IMG/VR virus record: IMGVR_UViG_3300020020_000028
Location: 1 to 64,000 of that record
Strand: one strand, 5' to 3'
Source of the DNA: a virus
Length of the DNA: 64,000 nt
The notes beneath the pieces were generated by a model. That model made no database searches and had not been told where the DNA came from. It was given only the letters and a program-made list of their open reading frames with translations. The position numbers and the translations under genes were made by a program. Positions 18,218 to 26,954 of the stretch are shown piece after piece (position 1 is the first letter of the stretch; each line of letters starts with the position of its first letter).

Positions 18218-21200
18218 TACCTTTCTTCGCTTCTTCTATCAGCCACTTTTCTGCTTCTTCTTGTGTCGTATGTCCAAACCCTGTGTCATAAGGTCCACGC
18301 TTCGCATGCCACATAAAGTTATAGCCGCGAGGTCCGCCGATCTGTGGATCCTGCTGACGACGACGTTCGATACGACCAACAGACTTCCCGTCTACCTTTA
18401 ACTGATAGTTAGCTTTCTTACCTTCCGAAGTTCCTACCCGCTCTACTCCCCCATGATGATTCCCGTGGCTCTTCTGATCATGCTCGGCGTGTAGCCCGAC
18501 AATCTTATGCACGACATCCGTCGCCCCGACCTCGATAGCCGTGGTCAACACGCGAAGCAATTCGATATCTTCAGCGGCTTCTAACCCGCGAGGATCCACT
18601 ATCGCAAACTTTCCAGTGTCTTCTCGTCCAGTGATGCGCAGATCCACGTCCTCACCCTCAGCAGGCGAGAAGCGAATCGTGCCAACCGATGCCGTCATAC
18701 CCTCAAGCGCACTCGATCCCACGTAGCGAACACCGTGACCCTGCTTCAAGTAGGCGACGGTCGCATGCGGCGTGTAGTTCGGATGCGTGGTGGTGACTTC
18801 GAGGTTGTTCGTCAGACGCTCATTCAGATCGACGAGATCCTGTGAGATAACCTCGACATACAACACGTCGTAGCCGTCACCTTCGAAGATACCCGTCTTA
18901 CCGAGGGTGAACCGAATCGGACCCACATACGTGGCAAGCACCTTCCTGACGCTGGAGACATCATTCGTGTGCAAACCATACTTGACAGTGATATGTGCGT
19001 CGTCTTCGAGCCCACCCTCTTCTACGCAGAGATCGAACGCGGGAATCGAGCGTCCGAACGCCAACAATGCCTCTGCGATTACTGGTGGAAGTTGAATCTG
19101 TGTTGAGGAGAGCTTGTAGGTCTTTCCGGCCATCGCTGCGCGATTCTTGGCAATCTTCTTGTACGCGTCCAGTGTAGCGCCATAGAAGAAAGTCTTCAGT
19201 CTCGGATCGCCCTCTTCGGCCTTACCATACAGATCGAGTTGCTCTTCAAGAAAGTCGATCTTCGAGCCCTTGAATCCATCACGCTTGGCCTTCGTGTACC
19301 CCTCGTCAAGCGCGGCGCGTTCATCGTCCTTCATCCCCTCGATAATGCTATCAAGAGGATCTTTCTCTTCCTTGGGCTTCGCTTCTTTCTTCTTCGAACC
19401 CGAGGGCTTCTTCTTCGACGCGGGAACAGACTTCGGCTTTGCTTCTTTCTTCGGCTCGTCCTTCGCTTCCTTTTTCGGTGCCTCGTCGTACTTCCCGGTC
19501 ACGATAGGATGATTCGCAGGCACCCACTGCCCAGTCTTCTCGTTCTTGAACCCATCAATCGTGCCGCTCTTTTCGGGCTTCCATTCGGGACCGAGTTTCG
19601 GCTTACTCTCATTCACGACAGCCTTGCGTAGCGCCTGATAACTGGCAACCGTCTTCTTATCGAACTTGACGACAGGATCGCCGCCCTTCGCAATGCTCAA
19701 TGCGAGTTGCTGACGGAGGAATTCGAGTTGACTGCCATTGAATCCGGCCTTGACCGCACGCGCATGGCCTTCTTCAACAGCCTTCGTCTCCTTCTCGTTC
19801 AACTTGAGACGCAAGTTGACCAGTCCGGCCTTAAACGAACGCTGTGTCGCACGCTTCGCGGTCCCCGCAGGCTTGTCTGCCGATCCACTTCCACTTCCAA
19901 ACTTCCCGTCATCAGCACGAGGATGTTCGTGTTCCTCGAACTTGGAGAGCGCCGTGCGCAATTCGTCAATCGTGTCTTCGGCTGCTCGCAACTCCTCATC
20001 ATCGATATCGAAGTCGAGGTCCGCGTCTTCAGCAGGAACATCGGCAGGCTGCATTTCGGCCATTGCTTCCTGCGCTTGCTTGGCTTTGGCCTCAGCCCGC
20101 TCATCGATTTCCGCACGCTGTTCTTCTGACAACGGCGCGAAGCCCAACGACCGATCTCTGATCTCTGCATCCGTGAACACCACGTCACCATACGTGGAGT
20201 TGACCGTCGCCATCCCAGTCGCGGTCTGAATCTTTTCCTGCTCCGTAAGCACCTGAATGTGGGGCCAGAGCACGTCATACTCGTCTGGTCCCTTGGACGG
20301 CTCCGGCAGATACCCGTACTTGATCAATCGATCTGCGAGTTGCCTGACAATGTAGGGACCAGCGTACTGAAGCTGTCTACCAACAATCTGGTCACGGAAA
20401 TTCTCCCGATCCTGGCTGCTTGCCAGTTCGCCCATCTCGGAGCCCGTGAGGATGCGCTTCGGGATCGCCTTCGCACCAGCAATCTGCGTGATGATCGTGT
20501 CCGCTGGCCCATCGAAATTCGCGACATCCGAACCAAGGGGCGTGACCTTGACACCACGTGTGCGAATCCATCTCGTGATCTGATGTTTGTAATCTTCGGC
20601 CTGTGCCTTCAACGACTCGACAGCCGCAGCGTTCTCTGTGGGAGGCAACGTCAGATCTTTATCGATGTCGATGTGCATGCCCTGATTCGCACGCAGCCAA
20701 AAGGCTTCAGCGCCACCACCTGTCACCTTGCGCAAATCGATCAACAGATTCCAGACACGCTGCAACGCAGGCTGACCGAACACATCATCATCCAATAAAC
20801 CTTCAGCGACATGGATGATACGTGAGTAATGCACCGGACGTGTGAAGTTCGGAGTCGCGAGATCCGTGCGTCGAATCGTGTACGTCTTGGGTAGACCAAA
20901 ACGTTCTGACTTCGGATCCTCGTCATACTCGAAGATCGAACAATCAGAGCCATAATCTGAGGTGCGATAATTCTCTCGCGTTGAGCCACCCGGCCCACCA
21001 CCACCGAGAAACGGCATCAAATAGAGAAGTTTATCTGGATTCGTAGTCTTGCGTAGTTCGGTGGACAAGTCTTGACCGTCACCGAGTAAGAGCACACCAA
21101 AGGTCGAGAGTCGTGAGAGTTTATCTACGCGAAGAAGTTTGGCCCCGATCTGGTGTTTCTTATCCAGCTTGTTCCATGCGTTCTCGAACGGGGTTTCGAC

Positions 21201-21542
21201 TTCCGGATCTTCGTCCTCAATCAACTCGAAGGCAGGCTGACCTCTCCACGTAGCGTCCGGCATCACGTCTACGACGCGGCCTGCGATGCCTCCGCGCATG
21301 TACTCATCACGATATTCCTGAATCGTGATCGTCGCAGGATAGCCGAGGATAATGTACTCGTCGCGATTACCGTTGAACGTGATGCCGGATTGCTGTGCGA
21401 ATCGCGCGCGTGCGAGAAGCACACTGTTCTCCAGTACGCGAATCTCAGAGGCCAACGTACGTAGCTGTGGAGGCACTGCCTCTGGTGGAGGGAAGCGAGA
21501 CGTATCGGGCGCTGCGCCGTTACCGTTCGTTTCTTCGCTCAT
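18210..21542 (-). CDS. Portal protein (DUF1073-like) with long C-terminal extension containing a 2H phosphoesterase (Acb1-like) domain
   Basis: GIAGRVVD..PDATWR, VHYSRIIH, IAGAKAIPKRILTG.E.GELAS.QD portal motifs; HITV and HATV 2H motifs in the tail. Confidence 0.85.
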   Translation of the reverse strand: MSEETNGNGAAPDTSRFPPPEAVPPQLRTLASEIRVLENSVLLARARFAQQSGITFNGNRDEYIILGYPATITIQEYRDEYMRGGIAGRVVDVMPDATWRGQPAFELIEDEDPEVETPFENAWNKLDKKHQIGAKLLRVDKLSRLSTFGVLLLGDGQDLSTELRKTTNPDKLLYLMPFLGGGGPGGSTRENYRTSDYGSDCSIFEYDEDPKSERFGLPKTYTIRRTDLATPNFTRPVHYSRIIHVAEGLLDDDVFGQPALQRVWNLLIDLRKVTGGGAEAFWLRANQGMHIDIDKDLTLPPTENAAAVESLKAQAEDYKHQITRWIRTRGVKVTPLGSDVANFDGPADTIITQIAGAKAIPKRILTGSEMGELASSQDRENFRDQIVGRQLQYAGPYIVRQLADRLIKYGYLPEPSKGPDEYDVLWPHIQVLTEQEKIQTATGMATVNSTYGDVVFTDAEIRDRSLGFAPLSEEQRAEIDERAEAKAKQAQEAMAEMQPADVPAEDADLDFDIDDEELRAAEDTIDELRTALSKFEEHEHPRADDGKFGSGSGSADKPAGTAKRATQRSFKAGLVNLRLKLNEKETKAVEEGHARAVKAGFNGSQLEFLRQQLALSIAKGGDPVVKFDKKTVASYQALRKAVVNESKPKLGPEWKPEKSGTIDGFKNEKTGQWVPANHPIVTGKYDEAPKKEAKDEPKKEAKPKSVPASKKKPSGSKKKEAKPKEEKDPLDSIIEGMKDDERAALDEGYTKAKRDGFKGSKIDFLEEQLDLYGKAEEGDPRLKTFFYGATLDAYKKIAKNRAAMAGKTYKLSSTQIQLPPVIAEALLAFGRSIPAFDLCVEEGGLEDDAHITVKYGLHTNDVSSVRKVLATYVGPIRFTLGKTGIFEGDGYDVLYVEVISQDLVDLNERLTNNLEVTTTHPNYTPHATVAYLKQGHGVRYVGSSALEGMTASVGTIRFSPAEGEDVDLRITGREDTGKFAIVDPRGLEAAEDIELLRVLTTAIEVGATDVVHKIVGLHAEHDQKSHGNHHGGVERVGTSEGKKANYQLKVDGKSVGRIERRRQQDPQIGGPRGYNFMWHAKRGPYDTGFGHTTQEEAEKWLIEEAKKGNA

Positions 21543-21757
21543 TGTAGTTCAAGTCTTGACACGTAGAAGGCGAGCACCGCAGAACGCCACCATCCGTAAA
21601 ACCATCGCTTGTTGCGATAGACACGCACAAACGTTCCAAGGTCCGCGCGATACCACGGACGCAACGCGATGTGCGCTTCGAGATTCTCGCCGGGACGATT
21701 CGCTCTTACGACTTGCATTTTTCCAAACAAAAGTGCGGGTAGACTTTTGCGTCGCAC
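21539..21757 (-). CDS. Possible small hypothetical protein
   Basis: ORF overlapping the portal start by 4 nt; no recognisable motif. Confidence 0.3.
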   Translation of the reverse strand: MRRKSLPALLFGKMQVVRANRPGENLEAHIALRPWYRADLGTFVRVYRNKRWFYGWWRSAVLAFYVSRLELQ

Positions 21758-21768
21758 TGTGATACAAT
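21740..21768 (+). promoter_or_regulatory. Sigma70-like promoter for the antisense-oriented gene at 21814
   Basis: TAGACT-N17-TACAAT with extended TG. Confidence 0.6.
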
Positions 21769-21813
21769 GTATGTATCGATAATTATGTCGATGCTCTTTG
21801 ACAACGAGGGATT

Positions 21814-22050
21814 ATGGCAAAACGTGTGAAGAAATCCGCTCTTCCAGTTCCGGTGAAGACGGACTCTCGAATCTGTTTCGCAATCCAGTACTTCACGACC
21901 GAAGCTGACGCAGACAGGTTCGCAGAAAACGTTCGTGAAAAAAATATCACCTACAATGGTGGCTTTTTTCACGGCATGGCGTGCGGCAGAGACAAAGGGT
22001 GGGATTACGTTGATCCAGTTCTTGGTCAACTGTACGCAGTAACAAATTAA
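21814..22050 (+). CDS. Moron-like small hypothetical gene inserted opposite the packaging operon
   Basis: GAGG RBS, own promoter and own terminator. Confidence 0.7.
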   Translation: MAKRVKKSALPVPVKTDSRICFAIQYFTTEADADRFAENVREKNITYNGGFFHGMACGRDKGWDYVDPVLGQLYAVTN

Positions 22051-22058
22051 AGTGGATA

Positions 22059-22087
22059 GGGCGGGGATGAACCCCCGCCCTTTTTTT
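22059..22087 (+). terminator. Rho-independent terminator
   Basis: GGGCGGGG-atgaac-CCCCGCCC followed by T7. Confidence 0.8.
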
Positions 22088-22088
22088 G

Positions 22089-22238
22089 TTAGTTCGGTGT
22101 CCCCGGATGATCCGGATCGGGCTGCGGTTCCTTCGGCACGGGCATCTTCGAGGTGTCCGGCTGAAGCGGTTCTTTCCTGTCCGATGGATCGTGGTCCGGG
22201 CGTGGTGAACGTTCCGGCTCGGTCTGCGGATCTCCCAT
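22089..22238 (-). CDS. 49-aa Pro/acidic disordered peptide
   Basis: Hand translation MGDPQTEPERSPRPDHDP...GTPN with AAGGAGG RBS. Confidence 0.55.
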   Translation of the reverse strand: MGDPQTEPERSPRPDHDPSDRKEPLQPDTSKMPVPKEPQPDPDHPGTPN

Positions 22239-22247
22239 TGACCCTCC

Positions 22248-22379
22248 TTAACGACTTGGTGGCTTCGACGGTGTTGAAGGAGCCGACGGTGTTGACTTCG
22301 GCAGTGGATTCGATGATGGCGCAGGCGTCGATGATGGCGCAGGCGTCGGCACTGACGGTGTTGATCCCGGTCCCGGCAT
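22248..22379 (-). CDS. 43-aa Pro/Ser/Thr-rich disordered peptide
   Basis: Hand translation MPGPGSTPSVPTPAPSSTPAPSS...KPPSR with GAGGAGG RBS. Confidence 0.55.
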   Translation of the reverse strand: MPGPGSTPSVPTPAPSSTPAPSSNPLPKSTPSAPSTPSKPPSR

Positions 22380-22397
22380 GTGACCTCCTCACAGATC

Positions 22398-24044
22398 TCA
22401 CCATGTCACCGCACTCGTAAGTCCAGCCTGTATCGGATTGAAGCGCTCCAACGCAGGTGCCGGAGCGAATGCGATCATAAGTGAGTCCGCCCTGTTTGGT
22501 GACGGAGTTTCATCGTTATAACGAACGACAGTCTGACCCTTACTATTCGGTTCCCATCGCAGCGTCAAGAGTTCATCAGCGAGTTGTTCATCGAGAGGAT
22601 CGAGATCAATCTCTCCCCGCTCAAACATCCCACGAACGGCCCACCAGAGTTGCGACAACAGATTCGCGAAGACCGTCCAGACCTGATCGCTCCCACATTT
22701 CTCGCAACGCACGATGTGAGAGACTTGCCGCTTACGAGGCAACAGGTCCTGATCCCATTCATGCTTACAGAGACGACAGGAATAGACCGTACTCGCTTCA
22801 CCTACAGAGATTGGATAGACGGGCAACTGTTGCTCACGAGCACGATCAACAACGCCACGGCCAACACCAATATAGTCAACCTTTGCCAGTTGTGCGCCAT
22901 ACTCGCGATTCGCTAAAGCCTGCAACAAGCGGCCTGTCGTCTTCATCGTGTCCGGCTGACGTTCTTCGTACAACACACGAAACACAGGTCCGTGCCGATG
23001 ACCGAGACACGACGGATCTCCGAACTCTGATGCGCCAACGTCGAGGCCCAATTCATTTGGTCCAATAGCCGGAAGTTCACGTTGCTGCGCTTGTCGAATC
23101 CACGTCAACGGAATCAGCGAACCAACACTCGACTGGACGGGGAACTGTCCCAGTACCTTCGACTGCCAGAACGGATGCGTGTCTTCCATCTTCCCATCAG
23201 GAGGAGGCACGCATCGTCTACCATCCGCGGTCCACGTCCACCGTGGTGCCCACTTCAAACGTCGTTCCTCGACGTATCGTTTCCCGATCAAGTTACGCTT
23301 GATGTCTTCCGGCATGAACTCACCAGTAAAGTTCGGTGAATCGAACGCCGAAATATGCACCACAGAGAAACCAGAATTCGGGAGGCACGCTTCGTAGAAT
23401 TCACCAGTTGGATCGTCAGGGTTCCCGATGATAAGCATCTTGCCTTCATCGTTCGCCATCAGTGAGTCCATCGAATTCCACAACCCGCCTCGCACACCAT
23501 TCGCTTCGTCTACAATGACCAGTACGAATGGTGCGTGAATGCCCTGAAACGCAGTCGGTGAATAGTCGCTGGGTTTCCGGCCGAGTCCTACTGTCTCTTC
23601 TCGCGCAATACCCGTCTTCGGATCGATAACCGTGAGCTTCCAACTGGTCTGCGTGAGACGACCTGCAAGATTACCCCGCGCATGTGCGCGCCCAATTTCT
23701 TTCCAGAGAATCACCTCGACCTGAGGTTGCGTGGGTGCCGTTGTGATGACGAACGCTTCACCCGGCTTATGAGTATCAATCCACCATGCCGCGAGAATTC
23801 CGGCGTCGTAACTCTTGCCGATTTCGTGGCACGTCGTAGCCGCCGTCTTACGATGATCGCGAACCGAGTCCAGGATTCTGATTTGCCCGGACCACAACGT
23901 GTCCCCGAGCTTTTCGCGCGCCCACGCTGCGGGATCGAGTGCCCATCGACGGCGCTTGTTCTCCTCATGCGCGAGGGCCAGCGCAAGCATCCGCTCTTTT
24001 TTATTCTTCGGCGCGTCGAGAAGCTGGACGCCTGTCTCGACCAT
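22398..24044 (-). CDS. terL: Terminase large subunit
   Basis: WSGQ adenine-binding motif, HEIGKS Walker A, LVIVDEA Walker B, IGNP coupling motif, LGLDVG nuclease motif, SPNRADSL. Confidence 0.92.
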   Translation of the reverse strand: MVETGVQLLDAPKNKKERMLALALAHEENKRRRWALDPAAWAREKLGDTLWSGQIRILDSVRDHRKTAATTCHEIGKSYDAGILAAWWIDTHKPGEAFVITTAPTQPQVEVILWKEIGRAHARGNLAGRLTQTSWKLTVIDPKTGIAREETVGLGRKPSDYSPTAFQGIHAPFVLVIVDEANGVRGGLWNSMDSLMANDEGKMLIIGNPDDPTGEFYEACLPNSGFSVVHISAFDSPNFTGEFMPEDIKRNLIGKRYVEERRLKWAPRWTWTADGRRCVPPPDGKMEDTHPFWQSKVLGQFPVQSSVGSLIPLTWIRQAQQRELPAIGPNELGLDVGASEFGDPSCLGHRHGPVFRVLYEERQPDTMKTTGRLLQALANREYGAQLAKVDYIGVGRGVVDRAREQQLPVYPISVGEASTVYSCRLCKHEWDQDLLPRKRQVSHIVRCEKCGSDQVWTVFANLLSQLWWAVRGMFERGEIDLDPLDEQLADELLTLRWEPNSKGQTVVRYNDETPSPNRADSLMIAFAPAPALERFNPIQAGLTSAVTW

Positions 24045-24727
24045 CAGATAACCTCCTCAACGGAGACGGCCTCGATGGTCAATTGCTCGGTTTTCTTGCG
24101 AAGATCTTCAGGAGAGAGTTCCGAGAGTCGCTGTGCAGCAATCTCAATCGGTCCGCCACCAGCCCCGGTTAGCTCAAGACGATCTGCGAAAGCCTTGATA
24201 CCCACGTGACGACCCATGAGTTTCAGTGCGCCGGGTTTGTCCCAGAGCTTAAACTCAACCTCGTACGTGATGGTGATGGCCCCGCTCGGATCTTCTTTCA
24301 CGATCTTGCGGCGTTTCACAGACTGAATTGCGCGCATCGCGTTTGGAGGCGCACCTTCTGCGAGAATCAAGTTGCCGTCATCGTCTACTTTGTAGTGCTC
24401 AACACTCGCATTCGCGAGTGTGGCGACTTCTTCGAGTACCGAATCCGCTGTCATATTGACGCGGATGGCTCGCATTTCTTTGGCTTGTTCTACAGCCGCC
24501 GCAATCCTAGAGTCTCCTAGAAGCCTAACAGCCGTGACGCTCGCGCCGACTTTTGGATAACCAGCACGAATCGCCGCACGTGTGCCGTTAAAGTCAACAA
24601 TATACTCACGAATGAACGCGAGTTGACGGGTGTTGAGCTTCGAAAGATCGACGACTTCTAGAGGGTTTTCTGGAGGGAATGGCGCGATGCCTGACGAATC
24701 TGCTTGATTCTGGTCTAGGCTGTCCAT
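24044..24727 (-). CDS. terS: Terminase small subunit
   Basis: LNTRQLAFIREYIVDFNGTRAAIRAGY HTH; KLWDK..ALK..GRH.G; ELTGAGGGPI. Confidence 0.92.
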   Translation of the reverse strand: MDSLDQNQADSSGIAPFPPENPLEVVDLSKLNTRQLAFIREYIVDFNGTRAAIRAGYPKVGASVTAVRLLGDSRIAAAVEQAKEMRAIRVNMTADSVLEEVATLANASVEHYKVDDDGNLILAEGAPPNAMRAIQSVKRRKIVKEDPSGAITITYEVEFKLWDKPGALKLMGRHVGIKAFADRLELTGAGGGPIEIAAQRLSELSPEDLRKKTEQLTIEAVSVEEVI

Positions 24728-24836
24728 AGTCAGAGGTCTGGACCAGAGTAGCTTACTACGAAATCCGTGTCTACTATAATTTTTATTTTGAATACATACT
24801 ACCCGTGAGTAGGTGTTTGTTTTGAAAACGTGCTAT

Positions 24837-25102
24837 GACATCAGAGACATCAGAGACATCAGAATCCACTCCCTACGCGTAGGAAAAAAACCAACTACGA
24901 TACGTAGTATGTATATGCCCTGGGGGCCGTAGCGTGAAAAATGATGTCTGTGATGTGCCTGATGTCATAACACATCTTCAAAAGAAGAACATACCCACCA
25001 CGAACCCTGCACCTCAGCAGGCGGACCACGGCCCTCGAACTGTATCGATCCTATACAATGGCAGTTATTGCAAAAGCGGCAATAACCTGATGTCTCTGAT
25101 GT
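24837..25102. repeat. 9-bp GACATCAGA iteron-like direct and inverted repeats (candidate origin or packaging site)
   Basis: Three exact tandem copies at 24837-24863, three inverted degenerate copies at 24942-24967, two inverted copies at 25087-25102. Confidence 0.65.
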
Positions 25103-25133
25103 TGTTACCGAGGAAAAACAGGCGGAATGGAGG

Positions 25134-26730
25134 CTAAAATGACCGTTTGAGTGGGTTTAGGACCCCAAAATCGCGTCCAACACGGCTTTCATAGTTCCCA
25201 TCCATCACGTACGCGAGTCCCGGATGGACGTAAGGAGAACCTTTCACATCGCAATATAAATTAGCGAACAAGACAGGATTCTTTTTGAGTGCCTCTTTCA
25301 AATCTTCATCGTTCAAGATGATCAGCTTCTTTTCGATGGGCTTACACGCAGCCATCACGATTTTGAGTTTGTCGAGCGTGAGTTCTTCGCTCATGATACC
25401 CTCATCATTTCAATCTGATTCTTACGTGCTGGTGTGAAATATAATCGGAAGGCCCCGATATAATTTTCGATAGAAAGAAATCTACAGCGTCCGGCGAACG
25501 TCGTGTTATCAAGCCTCATGTCGAAAGGCACGTCGAAATGTGTTCTCACACTCTCGTAGAAGTCACGCACGAGTTGTTGTGGGATTTCACCTGCGAATGT
25601 CCCGATGATCGTCGGGAGACTCCTGAGTGGTGAAACCCACAAGTCATCTTCATATCTTGTAGAGTTACTGATTTCCACAATCTGTCCTATTAACGACAGA
25701 TCTTTGAGGTAGATGCGAAGTTTGTTGATCATCGGGCCGGTAGGGATATCTTGATTAGCCATGTTTCTTCTTCCCAAACGGTGTGATAAACAGATTCACG
25801 TAGAGCGTCTGAAGTTCCGTGAGTTTCTCACGATTCTCTTTGTAACGTGCTTCAAGGTCCTCGATCCAGAGTTCTCGAAATCGATAGACGGGATCGATGT
25901 GAAGAATCTTGAGAAGTTCGCTGCGTTCTTTGAGGATCTGTCTTCGGAGGTTCAATCCACGTCGTTCAACAATGCGAATGGTCCAGCGAGCGAACCACTT
26001 GAAGAACCTATTGCGCCACCGTTTCGTTCTAGGTCCGGTACGCCTTGTGACTTCAGCCGTTTGAACTGGGACTTGGACGGGCTCGAATCACAGTTTGGAT
26101 GGAAGACGATTTGATATTGATTATGGATTATTTGTCCACAGTTGGAACATGGTCTGCAAGTCGTGAGTGGGTTGGTGGTCGTCGTTTGGCCGCATTGACA
26201 AGGACGCATACCGTGTTTTGCCATACCTTAATGTAGCACAGTTTTAAACTGATTGCAAGGATAGATTGCGTCAAAAGGTGAGTCAAGAAGACTTCAGCTC
26301 CCTAGTGGTAGTGGTAGTTTCCCCTACTATAGGTTTATTGTAGAGGATGAGGCCTCTATAGACTCTCATGTTCCACACCGTCAATCACCGCACTAATACC
26401 ATCATCAGTAAATCTTGCCTCACGAACAGTGCCACGATACACGTCTTTCCCGAAAGTGATCTGAATGAGATTCCCGATAGGTATTGGAGGCTCATTGAAG
26501 TTCATTTTGAACACCACTGGCCCTATACGTCGAATGCCTTTGATGTAGTAATCGTAGTCGTCTATAGACAGATAATCAACAGGTGGAATGAGTGCCGTGC
26601 CGATGATACCCGCACCGAACAGGAAGCAGAAAGACCGACGTGTGAGAGTCTTCGAGGCACGCTGACAGAGTCTGTCCGCAGGATGAGTGTCGCCGCACCA
26701 TTGGCAAGTATTCATTTCTTCAGCCACCAC
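25134..26730 (-). other. Cluster of small hypothetical genes (25134-25394, 25391-25777, 25755-25955, 25952-26224, 26356-26730)
   Basis: Collinear, mostly overlapping ORFs. TTGCAA-N17-TACATT promoter sits 5 nt before ATG 26224. Confidence 0.55.
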
Positions 26731-26954
26731 CTCTCCGGCCGCGCGATGTGACGCTCAGAGGGTTTCCTCACCTTGGCTACTTTAGGCTTCATTTTTATCT
26801 TTCGTACCAAACGACATCCACTTCCAGCCCTCATGTGTCTCACAGTAGATCTCTATGGTGTTTGGTTTCTTACCAAGGTCGTGTGGCATTCAATAAGATC
26901 GGTTTAGATTCATCACCAGCAAACGAAGCGATCCGATGCAGAATGTATTACTCT

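Noticed and set aside
21706-22420. Long ORFs 21706-22404 (-) and 22052-22420 (+)
   Set aside because: The minus-strand ORF runs across the terminator and the RBS-supported plus-strand gene, and the plus-strand ORF starts at that terminator. Two short Pro-rich ORFs with strong RBSs explain the sequence better.
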